A stretch of DNA of 64,000 nt from an uncultured Muribaculaceae bacterium (GTDB lineage: Bacteria > Bacillota_I > Bacilli_A > RF39 > UBA660): the NCBI GenBank assembly GCA_964370475.1, contig CAYJJI010000005.1, positions 1,840 through 65,839 on the forward strand, in the 5' to 3' direction. Every line of letters begins with the position of its first letter. The stretch's first letter is position 1. The notes below the pieces were generated by a model, which saw nothing but the letters and a program-made list of their open reading frames with translations, did not search any database and was not told where the DNA came from. The translations under genes were made by a program, and so were the position numbers. Positions 1-9,021 of this stretch are shown one piece after another.

Positions 1-634
1 TGGTAAGAGTACTATAGTTAATTTAGTTCCAAGATTTTATGATGTTAGTGAGGGTGAAGTATTAGTTAATGGAAAGAATGTTAAATCATATACTAAAAAA
101 TCATTAAATAATTTAATTGGATATGTTTCTCAAAAAGCTACATTATTTACTGGAACAATTACATCTAATGTAGCTTTTGGTGATAACAAAGTGATTAAAG
201 ATGATAATAGTGGGTTGATTAGTTCTCTAGATATTGCTCAAGCTTCTGATTTTATTGAAAATTTAGAAGATAAGCATGAGGCTTATGTTGCTCAAGGAGG
301 AAAGAATTTTTCTGGAGGTCAAAAGCAAAGAGTTTCAATAGCTAGAGCAATAATGAGAAATCCGGAAATATTTATATTTGATGATTCTTTTAGTGCTCTT
401 GATTATAAGACTGATAGTAAGTTACGCAAAACTTTAAGTGATGAATGTGGAAATGCTACGATGTTGATTGTTGGTCAAAGAATTGGAACTATAAAGAATG
501 CTGATAAAATCATAGTTTTAGAAGATGGTGAGATTGTTGGAATGGGTAAACACAAAGAATTGTTAAAGAGTTGTGATACTTATAAACAAATAGCTTTATC
601 TCAATTATCGGAGGAGGAACTTAATAATGAATAA
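1..634 (+). CDS. ABC transporter ATP-binding/permease subunit, 5'-truncated at the window edge (first half of a heterodimeric exporter pair)
   Basis: Frame 2 translates continuously from the window start as GKSTIVNLVPRFYDVSEGEVLVNGKNV... The ABC signature LSGGQKQRVSIARA and the Walker B motif IFIFDDSFSALD are present. The stop overlaps the start of the next ABC gene by 8 nt. Confidence 0.85.
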   Translation, partial: GKSTIVNLVPRFYDVSEGEVLVNGKNVKSYTKKSLNNLIGYVSQKATLFTGTITSNVAFGDNKVIKDDNSGLISSLDIAQASDFIENLEDKHEAYVAQGGKNFSGGQKQRVSIARAIMRNPEIFIFDDSFSALDYKTDSKLRKTLSDECGNATMLIVGQRIGTIKNADKIIVLEDGEIVGMGKHKELLKSCDTYKQIALSQLSEEELNNE

Positions 635-2456
635 AAATAATACAAGCGTTAAAAGAGGTCCAGGTCCTGGAATGGGAGCTGGTGGTGAAAAAGCTAAAGA
701 TATGAATGCTGTAATTAAAAATATAATTTTATATATTAGAAAATATAGAATTATAATGATTTTAGCAGTTATCTTTGCAATGTTAGGTTCTATACTTACT
801 TTATTCGGTCCTAGTCAGTTGACTGATTTAACTGATGAAATATTATTAGGTATTAAGAATAGTATGATGGATCCTAATGGTGGAATAAATATGGATGCTA
901 TTTATTCTATAGGATTGTTTTTAGGAATTATTTATGGTGTTAGTTATATTTTATCTATTTTACAAGGTGTTATTATATCTAATGTTATGCAAAGAACATC
1001 TAAAAATTTAAGAAGTGATATTGCTCTTAAGATAAATCGTTTACCAATGAGTTATTTCAGTAAAAATTCTAAAGGAGATATATTATCTAGAGTTACTAAC
1101 GATGTAGATACTGTTGGACAAACTTTGTCACAATCTGTGGGAACTTTTATATCTGCTGTAACGTTATTGATAGGTTCTGTGGTAATGATGCTTATAACTA
1201 ATATACCTTTAACTATAACTGCTATCTTATCAACTATTTTAGGATTTGTAATAATGATGATAGTAATGAAATCTTCGCAAAAATATTTCAAAGAACAACA
1301 AGATTATTTAGGTCAAATAAATGGGCATATTGAAGAGATGTATACTGGACATAATGTTGTTAGAGTGTATAATGGTGAAGATAAAGCTATTGAAGTATTT
1401 GATAATATTAATGAAAAATTAAAAGGTAGTTCTTTTAAAGCTCAAGCTTTATCTGGGTTAATGATGCCAATAATGACATTTATTGGAAATTTTGGATATG
1501 TGGCTGTTTGTATAGTTGGAGCATTACTTGCTGTTGATGGTCATATATCATTTGGTATTATTGTAGCTTTTATGGTTTATATTAGATTGTTTACTCAACC
1601 TTTAGGACAAATAGCTCAAGCAATGCAAAACTTACAATCAGGTACTGCTGCTGCTGAGCGAGTATTTGAATTTTTAGAAGAAGTTGAAATGAGTAATGAA
1701 GAAAGTAAAACTAAAGTACTTGGTAAAGTTGTTGGTAATGTAGAATTTGCTAATGTTCATTTTGGATATGAAAAAGATAAAACAATTATTAATGACTTTA
1801 GCACTAAAGTTAAAAGTGGTCAAAAGATTGCTATAGTAGGTCCTACTGGAGCTGGTAAAACGACAATTGTTAATTTATTAATGAGATTTTACGATGTTAA
1901 TTCTGGAGATATATTAATTGATGGAACTTCTATTTTAGATGTTAAAAGAGATGAAGTTCATTCACAGTTTAGTATGGTTTTACAAGATACATGGATATTT
2001 GAAGGAACTTTAAGAGAAAATTTAGTTTATGCTACTAAGGGAGTTAGTGATAAGGATTTAGATAATGCTGTGATAGCTGTAGGGCTTCATCATTTTGTTA
2101 AAACATTAGAAAACGGTTATGATACTATTTTAAATGATAAATTAGAACTATCACAAGGTCAACGTCAACAAATAACTATTGCTAGAGCAATGTTAGCTGA
2201 TAAACCGATGTTAATATTAGATGAAGCAACTTCTTCTATAGATACAAGAACTGAATTGTTAATTCAAAGTGCTATGGATAAGTTAATGAATGGTAGAACT
2301 TCTTTTGTAATAGCACATCGTTTATCTACAATAAGAAATGCTGATTTGATTTTAGTAATGAAAGATGGAGATGTTATAGAATCAGGTAACCATGTTGAAC
2401 TTTTAAAACAAGGTGGATTTTATTCTGAGTTATATAACTCACAGTTTGAAAATTAA
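627..2456 (+). CDS. ABC transporter ATP-binding/permease subunit (ABCB-type exporter, second half of the heterodimer)
   Basis: 609 aa. An N-terminal six-helix transmembrane domain is followed by Walker A GPTGAGKTT, signature LSQGQRQQITIARA and Walker B LILDEATSSID. It is translationally coupled to the upstream half. Confidence 0.9.
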   Translation: MNKNNTSVKRGPGPGMGAGGEKAKDMNAVIKNIILYIRKYRIIMILAVIFAMLGSILTLFGPSQLTDLTDEILLGIKNSMMDPNGGINMDAIYSIGLFLGIIYGVSYILSILQGVIISNVMQRTSKNLRSDIALKINRLPMSYFSKNSKGDILSRVTNDVDTVGQTLSQSVGTFISAVTLLIGSVVMMLITNIPLTITAILSTILGFVIMMIVMKSSQKYFKEQQDYLGQINGHIEEMYTGHNVVRVYNGEDKAIEVFDNINEKLKGSSFKAQALSGLMMPIMTFIGNFGYVAVCIVGALLAVDGHISFGIIVAFMVYIRLFTQPLGQIAQAMQNLQSGTAAAERVFEFLEEVEMSNEESKTKVLGKVVGNVEFANVHFGYEKDKTIINDFSTKVKSGQKIAIVGPTGAGKTTIVNLLMRFYDVNSGDILIDGTSILDVKRDEVHSQFSMVLQDTWIFEGTLRENLVYATKGVSDKDLDNAVIAVGLHHFVKTLENGYDTILNDKLELSQGQRQQITIARAMLADKPMLILDEATSSIDTRTELLIQSAMDKLMNGRTSFVIAHRLSTIRNADLILVMKDGDVIESGNHVELLKQGGFYSELYNSQFEN

Positions 2457-2502
2457 GAGATTTTATCTCTTTTTTTATGATATAATTTATTTGGTGATTG
2501 AA

Positions 2503-2760
2503 ATGGATATAAATAAAGAATTAGAATTAATAAAGGAAAGAAATGAGAAAGTTTCTAAGGATAAGGCTTGGGAGACTTCTTATACTCGTAAATTTTTAAT
2601 TATTATATTAACTTATATTTTTGCAGTTTTATATTTGAAGATTGCTGATAATACAAATCCTTATTTTGGAGCTGTAGTTCCTTGTGCAGGTTTTTTCTTA
2701 TCTACTTTGTCTTTAGGTTTTGTTAAGAAGTTATGGATAAAGAAAGTTTATAATGAATAA
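2503..2760 (+). CDS. small membrane protein, hypothetical
   Basis: The start is refined to the ATG at 2503 (MDINKELELIKERNEK...), which follows the transcript terminator of the ABC operon. The protein has two predicted TM helices. The stop overlaps the next gene. Confidence 0.5.
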   Translation: MDINKELELIKERNEKVSKDKAWETSYTRKFLIIILTYIFAVLYLKIADNTNPYFGAVVPCAGFFLSTLSLGFVKKLWIKKVYNE

Positions 2761-3514
2761 GGGCTATCCTGCATCTATTTTGAAGATAATTGACAATGCT
2801 CATGTAGAGGAAGTTGTTATTGGGTGTTCAGATTCTAAAGTTTATAAAATAGTAAGTGATAAAGTATACTATCTTAAAATATCTAGTAAAACTTTAATTA
2901 AGGAATATAATGCTTTGAAATGGTTAGATGGAAAATTAAATGTTCCTAGAGTTATAGTATATGAAAGTGTATTTGGAAAAGATTATTTATTAACTAGTGG
3001 TATGAATGGGAAGATGTTATCTTCTTCTGAGTATACTGATAATCCTGATTTAGTTATAAATTCATTAGTGAAAGCTTTTAAGGAAATAAAAGATGTTGAT
3101 ATATCTAATTGTCCTTTTAAAGTAGGGTTAAGTTATAAATTGGAATTAGTTACTAATAATGTTTTAAATGGTTTAATTAGTGATGAATATATACCTAGTG
3201 AAATACTTGATAAATATAATGGTGTTTCTGGTATATTGGATTATTTGTTAGCTAATAGATTTGATGAAGAATTGTGTTTTTCTCATGGAGATGTTAGTTT
3301 TCCTAATATATTTATTGATAAAGATGTTATTGGGTTTATTGACTTAGGTGATTGCGGGATTGCTGATAAGTGGTTTGATTTAGCTTTGTGTGAAAAATCA
3401 CTAATTAGGAACTTAGGGATAGAGTATGTAGATGTTTTTTATAAAAGATTGAATATAGTTCCTGATAGGTTTAAAATAGATTATTATTTACTTATGATGA
3501 ATTTGTATTTATAA
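2753..3514 (+). CDS. aminoglycoside/choline-kinase-type phosphotransferase (APH family)
   Basis: The motif HGDVSFPNIFID...IGFIDLGDCGIADKWFDLA matches the APH/protein-kinase-like Brenner motif HxDxxxxN together with the DxG catalytic loop. Confidence 0.7.
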   Translation: MNKGYPASILKIIDNAHVEEVVIGCSDSKVYKIVSDKVYYLKISSKTLIKEYNALKWLDGKLNVPRVIVYESVFGKDYLLTSGMNGKMLSSSEYTDNPDLVINSLVKAFKEIKDVDISNCPFKVGLSYKLELVTNNVLNGLISDEYIPSEILDKYNGVSGILDYLLANRFDEELCFSHGDVSFPNIFIDKDVIGFIDLGDCGIADKWFDLALCEKSLIRNLGIEYVDVFYKRLNIVPDRFKIDYYLLMMNLYL

Positions 3515-3532
3515 AGATAAGGAGAAAATTTT

Positions 3533-3937
3533 ATGGAAATATTAAATAGATTATTGGAATATGGGATTAGTGAAAGTTCGATTAATCATATGAGAGATAT
3601 TAATTTCTTAATTGATGATGTTACTATTGAAGAATTTGATGATGTGGTTGAGATACTAGAAAAATTAAATTGTAGTAAAAATCAAATAATAAATATTATC
3701 TCTTCTAATTCTTTAATTTTATCTAAAAGTTCTGGAGATTTAATAGAATTAATTGAGTTTTTAAATAGTTGTGGATTTTTAAACTTGAATATACTATTTG
3801 ATTCAAATCCTTACATATTTAATTTAGAAGTATTTGAGATAAGAAAGTATATTGACAATGAGTTAGTTAATAATAAGGTACTTGAAGATATTGTAGATGA
3901 ATTAGAATCGAATGTATTATTATTTAATGAAATGTAG
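3533..3937 (+). CDS. mTERF-like repeat protein, short form
   Basis: 134 aa built from 2-3 helical repeats of the same type as the downstream gene (LEKLNCSKNQIINIISSNSLILSKSSGDLIELIEFLNSCGF). Confidence 0.5.
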   Translation: MEILNRLLEYGISESSINHMRDINFLIDDVTIEEFDDVVEILEKLNCSKNQIINIISSNSLILSKSSGDLIELIEFLNSCGFLNLNILFDSNPYIFNLEVFEIRKYIDNELVNNKVLEDIVDELESNVLLFNEM

Positions 3938-4015
3938 GAAAAGAGTATATCTTTTCTTTATTTTTTTGTACAGTTATGGTATAATCGCTTTTAAACGATT
4001 CTGAGGGGGATTTTT

Positions 4016-6232
4016 ATGGTTAGGGATATATTAAGTAATATGGGATATACAGAGGAAGAGATAGTTGTTATTTTAAGTAAAATTGATATTCAAAAAAGAA
4101 AGAATGGTTTATCTGAAGAACAAATAAAGATTTTTTATAATTATATGAATGAATTTGGTTTTTCTAACAAGGATATTTTAGAGATTATTGTTAAGTGTCC
4201 TTTTATGTTAACTTATTCGATAGATTTATTAACGCAGAAATTTAACAATATATTAGAAGTATGTGGGTTTGGCAATAGTGAACTTATTAACGCTGTTTGT
4301 TCTTTGCCAAGTATTGTAAGTTTAACTGAAGATACTTTGAATAGTAAAATTGATAATTTTTATTCTTTAGGTTATAGTTTGGAAGATATTCAAGAAATAG
4401 CAAAAGAATCGATTGCTGTACTGGCATTGAGTATTGATAATGTTAATAATAAATTAAATTATTTAGCTTCTATTGGTTTGACAAAAAAGCAGATAATAAA
4501 ATTTACAGTAGATTTTCCGCTTATTTTTTTACTTACTGAAAAAAATATTGAAAGCAAGCTTGCTAATATCCTAGAGTTTGGGTTTGCTGTGGAGGATATG
4601 AATGATATTATTAGAAAAATGCCTAATATATTGAGTTTGACTCCTGATAATATGAATAGGAAATTTTCTTTTTTAATTAATCTTGGTCATAGTAAAAATG
4701 AATGTTTAAAGATTTTAAAAAATTCACCAGCATTATTTACTTATGGAACTTTAAATATAGGAGAAAAATTTAATTATTTTTTAGAATGTGGTCATGATAA
4801 GAAAGATATTTGTAAGTTTGTTAATTTTTTTCCGGCGATTTATTTGTTAAGTTTAGAAAAATATAAAACAATTAGAAGTGTTTTATTTAATATTGGTTTT
4901 AAAAATGAGGATATACTTAAAATAGTTAATGTTTATCCTATGATATGTGGTTTATCTGTTGATAATATTAATGAAAAATTAGTGTTATTTAAAACACTTG
5001 GTTATAGTACTAAGGATTTTATATATGTAGTTACTGATTTTCCTGCTATTGTTGGATTTTCTCCAGATAATTTAATAGAAAAAGTGAATTTTTATAAAGA
5101 TGTGGAGTTAGGTTTTGTGATTTTAAATAAACCTAAAAATTTAATTCAAAGTACGGCTTTGTCATATGCAAGATATGAGTTTTTGAAGAATGATTGTAAT
5201 ATCATTATAAATGAAGATAATATTAATAAATTATTTATATCGCAAAATTGTTTTAGTAAACAATTTGGTATTACTACTAGTCAACTTTTGGAAAAATATG
5301 ATATTAATCAACGTAATGATAATGTTGATTGTTCTGTGCTGTTGACTAAGATAGGATTTAGTCAAATACAAATATCGAAAATAATGAAATCAAAGACTTT
5401 GAATTCACTAAAAAGTAGTACTTTACTAAAAAAGATTTATTCAATTCATGAATTTTTGATAAGTTATGGTTATACTAATAGTGAATTTATTAGAATTTGT
5501 TCTAAATATCCTACAATGTTGATTCTTAGTGAAAATGTTGTTAAAGAAAAAATAGATTTTTTCATCTATCTTGGTTTTACTAGGGAGCATATTATGAAGT
5601 TATCTGTTACTTATCCGTTTATCTTATCACTTAGTATTGATAATTTTAAAGTGAAGATTGCGTACTTAAATTCTCTTGGATTTTCAAATAAAGAAGTGTT
5701 AAGAATAATAACAAAATTTATAACTATATTTTGTTATACAGTTGATTTTTTAGAAGTTAAGAGAAAAGAATGGTTTAATATTGGTTATTCTGTAGATCAA
5801 TTTAATAATATATTTTTATCTTTCCCATCTGCTATTGGTTTAAGTATTAATAATGTTATTAAAAAAAGAGATGCTATTTTGGATTTAGGTTATACTAATG
5901 AAGATTTTATTATGATGACTGTTAATTTACCTCAGATGTTTGGTTTGAGTAATGATAGTGTTGTTAATAAAATAAACTTTTATAAAAGTATTGGTTTAGA
6001 TTTTATTCCTATTAGTGATACGAAACAATTGATTCAAAGTATAGGATTATCTTATGCTAGATATATGTTTTTTACTAACGAACTTAATATGGTTTTAGAT
6101 GAGAATAATTATAGATGTTTATTCTTTTCTCGTAGAATTTTTGGACGAAAATATGGTTTATCTAATGAAGAGTTAATCAATAAATATAAATATGATGATA
6201 TAGACGATGTTAGAAAATTAGTTAAAGAGTAG
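4016..6232 (+). CDS. mTERF-domain-like tandem-repeat protein
   Basis: 738 aa made almost entirely of a degenerate ~35-aa repeat with the pattern LG(F/Y)SxxxIxxIxxxxPxILxLSxDNxxxKxxFLxxxG. Examples are GFSNKDILEIIVKCPFMLTYSIDLLTQKFNNILEVCGF and GHSKNECLKILKNSPALFTYGTLNIGEKFNYFLECGH. This pattern is the hallmark of mitochondrial/plastid transcription termination factor (mTERF) motifs. There is a good RBS (GAGGGGGA) and a sigma-A-like promoter directly upstream. Confidence 0.6.
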   Translation: MVRDILSNMGYTEEEIVVILSKIDIQKRKNGLSEEQIKIFYNYMNEFGFSNKDILEIIVKCPFMLTYSIDLLTQKFNNILEVCGFGNSELINAVCSLPSIVSLTEDTLNSKIDNFYSLGYSLEDIQEIAKESIAVLALSIDNVNNKLNYLASIGLTKKQIIKFTVDFPLIFLLTEKNIESKLANILEFGFAVEDMNDIIRKMPNILSLTPDNMNRKFSFLINLGHSKNECLKILKNSPALFTYGTLNIGEKFNYFLECGHDKKDICKFVNFFPAIYLLSLEKYKTIRSVLFNIGFKNEDILKIVNVYPMICGLSVDNINEKLVLFKTLGYSTKDFIYVVTDFPAIVGFSPDNLIEKVNFYKDVELGFVILNKPKNLIQSTALSYARYEFLKNDCNIIINEDNINKLFISQNCFSKQFGITTSQLLEKYDINQRNDNVDCSVLLTKIGFSQIQISKIMKSKTLNSLKSSTLLKKIYSIHEFLISYGYTNSEFIRICSKYPTMLILSENVVKEKIDFFIYLGFTREHIMKLSVTYPFILSLSIDNFKVKIAYLNSLGFSNKEVLRIITKFITIFCYTVDFLEVKRKEWFNIGYSVDQFNNIFLSFPSAIGLSINNVIKKRDAILDLGYTNEDFIMMTVNLPQMFGLSNDSVVNKINFYKSIGLDFIPISDTKQLIQSIGLSYARYMFFTNELNMVLDENNYRCLFFSRRIFGRKYGLSNEELINKYKYDDIDDVRKLVKE

Positions 6233-6272
6233 GAATACTCTTTTTTCATGATATAATTTTTTTGAGGTATTT

Positions 6273-6821
6273 ATGAGTGTGTATTTAAAAGTTCCTTTAA
6301 GGGATGAATTATTTTATAGAAAAATATGGCTGGATGATTGTTTAACTATGGAATATAATTCTGGATATGATTTAGATATTAGTGGTTATAATTATGATGA
6401 TGGTACTATTGTTAAATCAATTGATGAATTAAATGAATGGTATGATGGATGGATTGATAAAGAACCTGACAGATATTTTGCTTATATATATGATACAGAA
6501 ATTAATGAACCTGTTGGAGAAATATATTATTATAAATGTAATGATACTTATGATATGGGGGTTGTAATATCTGATAAATATCGAGGTAGAGGTTATTCAA
6601 CTAAAGCTTTAGTTGAACTAGAAAAGATAGCATTTTTAATTAATGGTATAAGTGAGTTGACTGATTATATACCTGAGGCACGAACAGGTGCGATTAAGAG
6701 TTTTACTAAGGCATCGTTTGTTGTTACTGATGTTGATAGAGTTGTGAAGAAATTTTTAATAGATGAGAGATCTGTTCAGTTAAAAATAACTAAAGAAATG
6801 TTTTTAGAAAGTAATAAGTAG
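6273..6821 (+). CDS. GNAT family N-acetyltransferase
   Basis: The acetyl-CoA binding motif VISDKYRGRGYSTKALVELEKIAF matches the GNAT consensus (Q/R-x-x-G-x-G/A). Confidence 0.6.
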   Translation: MSVYLKVPLRDELFYRKIWLDDCLTMEYNSGYDLDISGYNYDDGTIVKSIDELNEWYDGWIDKEPDRYFAYIYDTEINEPVGEIYYYKCNDTYDMGVVISDKYRGRGYSTKALVELEKIAFLINGISELTDYIPEARTGAIKSFTKASFVVTDVDRVVKKFLIDERSVQLKITKEMFLESNK

Positions 6822-6865
6822 AAATACTTATTTTTTATTGACTGATTTATTATTAGGTGTTAAAA

Positions 6866-6880
6866 TGAAAATGATTTTCA
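6866..6880. promoter_or_regulatory. putative Zur/Fur-family operator (perfect 7-1-7 palindrome) between the -10 region and the RBS of zur
   Basis: TGAAAATGATTTTCA is a perfect inverted repeat. It lies just downstream of TTGACT...TAAAAT promoter elements and immediately upstream of the GGAGG RBS of the Fur-family gene. Confidence 0.45.
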
Positions 6881-6893
6881 TATTGGAGGATTT

Positions 6894-7286
6894 ATGAGAG
6901 AGCATAATTATAATACTAAGCAAAAAGATGATGTATTAAATTTTTTTGTGAATAATTCTAATCAACTATTTTCTATTAAGGAATTAAATGATTTATTTAT
7001 TACTAATAATGTAAAGATTGGTTTAACTACGATATATAGAATATTGAATAAGTTAACGATGGATAATCAAATAATTACTTATTTGGATGATAATGAGAAA
7101 AGGTTTGGGTATTTTAATTGTTGTTGTGATGATTATTATCATTTGATATGTGTTTCATGTGGTAAGGTGGAACACATTGATAAAGATATTTATATAGATT
7201 TTAAAGAAAAAGTTAATTTAATTCATGGTTTTGAATTAAATACTGATGAAAAATTTTTGGAAGGTAGGTGCAGTAAATGCATATAA
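6894..7286 (+). CDS. zur: Fur-family metalloregulator, probable zinc uptake regulator
   Basis: 130 aa. A winged-helix N-terminus is followed by the Cys pairs HLICVSCGKV and GRCSKC, typical of the Fur/Zur/PerR structural Zn site. It sits first in an operon with znuACB-like genes. Confidence 0.7.
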   Translation: MREHNYNTKQKDDVLNFFVNNSNQLFSIKELNDLFITNNVKIGLTTIYRILNKLTMDNQIITYLDDNEKRFGYFNCCCDDYYHLICVSCGKVEHIDKDIYIDFKEKVNLIHGFELNTDEKFLEGRCSKCI

Positions 7287-8323
7287 AAAGATTATTTATT
7301 TTATTACTAATTGTTGTTTTTGTTACAGGATGTGGTTCTTCAAAAGAAGATAAACTTAGTGTAATTACAACTGTTTTTCCATCATATGATTTTGCAAAAG
7401 AAATAGTTGGAGATCAAATGAGTGTTGACTTATTACTTGATCCTGGAACTGATTTTCATACTTTTGATCCTTCTCCTAGTGATATAATAGCTATTCAAGA
7501 AAGTGATGTATTTATATATATTGGAACTGAAGTTTGGGTAGATACTATTTTAGATGGTCTAGATACTAGTAAAGTGAAAGTTATTCGTTTAATGGATTAT
7601 GTTGAGTTAAGTGAAGAACTTATTGTTGAAGGAATGGAACATGATCACGAAGAAGACCACAATCATGAAGAAGAGCATGACCATGAAGAAGACCACGATC
7701 ATGAAGAAGAGCATGACCACGAAGACCACGATCATGAAGAAGAACACAATCATGAACATTTTGATAATAGTGATTTAACTACTACTGAGTTACTTGCTTA
7801 TGATGAACATATATGGACATCTATTTTAAATTCTATTGTCTTTGTTGAAGAAATAACTGAAGCAGTTATAGAAGTTGATGAAACTAATAAAGATTTATAT
7901 ACTGATAATAGTACTTCATATATTAGTGAGTTAGTAGCTTTAGAAAATGAAATAGATACAATGATAGATGAAGCTAGTAGTAATTATTTAATTATTGCTG
8001 ATAGATTTCCCTTTACTTATTTTGCTAATGATTATGATTTAGATATTAGTGCTGCTTTTTCTGGTTGTTCTTCTGCAACTGAGGCGAGTGCACAAACTAT
8101 TGCATTTTTAATTGATAAAGTTAATGATGAATCTATTAGTAATATCTTTTATTTAGATGGGTCTAATGGAAGTGTTGCTGATGCTATAGTATCTGAAACT
8201 GGCGTTTCTAAGTTGCTTTTACATTCAGCTCATCATATTACTTTAGATGAATTTGAAAGTGGTAAAGGTTATATTGATTATATGAGAGATAACCTTGATA
8301 ATTTAAAGGAAGCTCTTAACTAA
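7277..8323 (+). CDS. znuA: metal (zinc) ABC transporter substrate-binding lipoprotein with a His/Asp/Glu-rich loop
   Basis: Signal peptide with lipobox VTGC. TroA/ZnuA-type fold signatures are present. A long HDHEEDHNHEEEHDHEEDHDHEEEHDHEDHDHEEEHNHEH insert matches the His-rich loop of ZnuA/AdcA. Confidence 0.8.
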   Translation: MHIKRLFILLLIVVFVTGCGSSKEDKLSVITTVFPSYDFAKEIVGDQMSVDLLLDPGTDFHTFDPSPSDIIAIQESDVFIYIGTEVWVDTILDGLDTSKVKVIRLMDYVELSEELIVEGMEHDHEEDHNHEEEHDHEEDHDHEEEHDHEDHDHEEEHNHEHFDNSDLTTTELLAYDEHIWTSILNSIVFVEEITEAVIEVDETNKDLYTDNSTSYISELVALENEIDTMIDEASSNYLIIADRFPFTYFANDYDLDISAAFSGCSSATEASAQTIAFLIDKVNDESISNIFYLDGSNGSVADAIVSETGVSKLLLHSAHHITLDEFESGKGYIDYMRDNLDNLKEALN

Positions 8324-9021
8324 TGAAAGTGATAGAATTTAAAAATGTTACTTTAGGATATGGGGCTAAGACAATTATAAATAAGTTGTCTTTTTCTGTT
8401 TTGTCTGGAGAATATATTTATATAGTAGGAGAAAATGGTGTTGGTAAATCCACGTTAGTGAAAGGATTAATTAATTTAATTAAACCTTTTGGTGGTGATA
8501 TTATATTAAATGATATTGAATATCATGATATTGGTTATTTACCTCAATTAAGTACTTCAATGAAGAATTTTCCAGCGTCTGTTTTTGAGGTTTGTTTATC
8601 AGGAATATTAAATCAAAGAGGTATTAAACCTACTTATACTAATGAGAATAAGAATAAAGTCATAGAAGTTTTAAAGGAATTAAATATATTAAATCTTAAG
8701 AATAAATGTTTTAAAGAACTATCAGGTGGTCAACAAAGAAGAGTGTTACTTGCTAGAGCGTTAGTATCTAGTACTAAGGTATTAGTTATGGATGAACCTA
8801 TTACTGGATTAGATCCTAAGGCAGTTAATGATTTTTATAAACTTATTGATAAGTTGAATAAGGATAAGGGAATTACAGTTATAGTTGTGTCTCATGATAT
8901 AAGAGCAGCAGTTAAGTATGCTGATAAAGTTTTGCATTTGAGTGATGCACATTATTGTTTTGGTGATGTAGAAAGTTATAAGAAAAATATGTTGTCTGAA
9001 CTTTTCTTAGAGGGTGAGTAG
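8323..9021 (+). CDS. znuC: metal ABC transporter ATP-binding protein
   Basis: Walker A GENGVGKST, signature LSGGQQRRVLLARA and Walker B LVMDEPITGLD. Confidence 0.85.
   Translation: MKVIEFKNVTLGYGAKTIINKLSFSVLSGEYIYIVGENGVGKSTLVKGLINLIKPFGGDIILNDIEYHDIGYLPQLSTSMKNFPASVFEVCLSGILNQRGIKPTYTNENKNKVIEVLKELNILNLKNKCFKELSGGQQRRVLLARALVSSTKVLVMDEPITGLDPKAVNDFYKLIDKLNKDKGITVIVVSHDIRAAVKYADKVLHLSDAHYCFGDVESYKKNMLSELFLEGE

Noticed and set aside
1052-1291. 79-aa minus-strand ORF inside the ABC transporter gene
   Set aside because: It is entirely antisense to a well-supported ABC permease domain. The sequence is low-complexity Ile/Thr-rich, as is typical of antisense frames in AT-rich DNA.
7636-7760. Short tandem DNA repeats (gaagaccacgatcatgaagaagagcatgac...) that might suggest a CRISPR or satellite array
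   Set aside because: The repeats are in-frame coding sequence for the His/Asp/Glu loop of ZnuA. There are no spacers and no cas genes.
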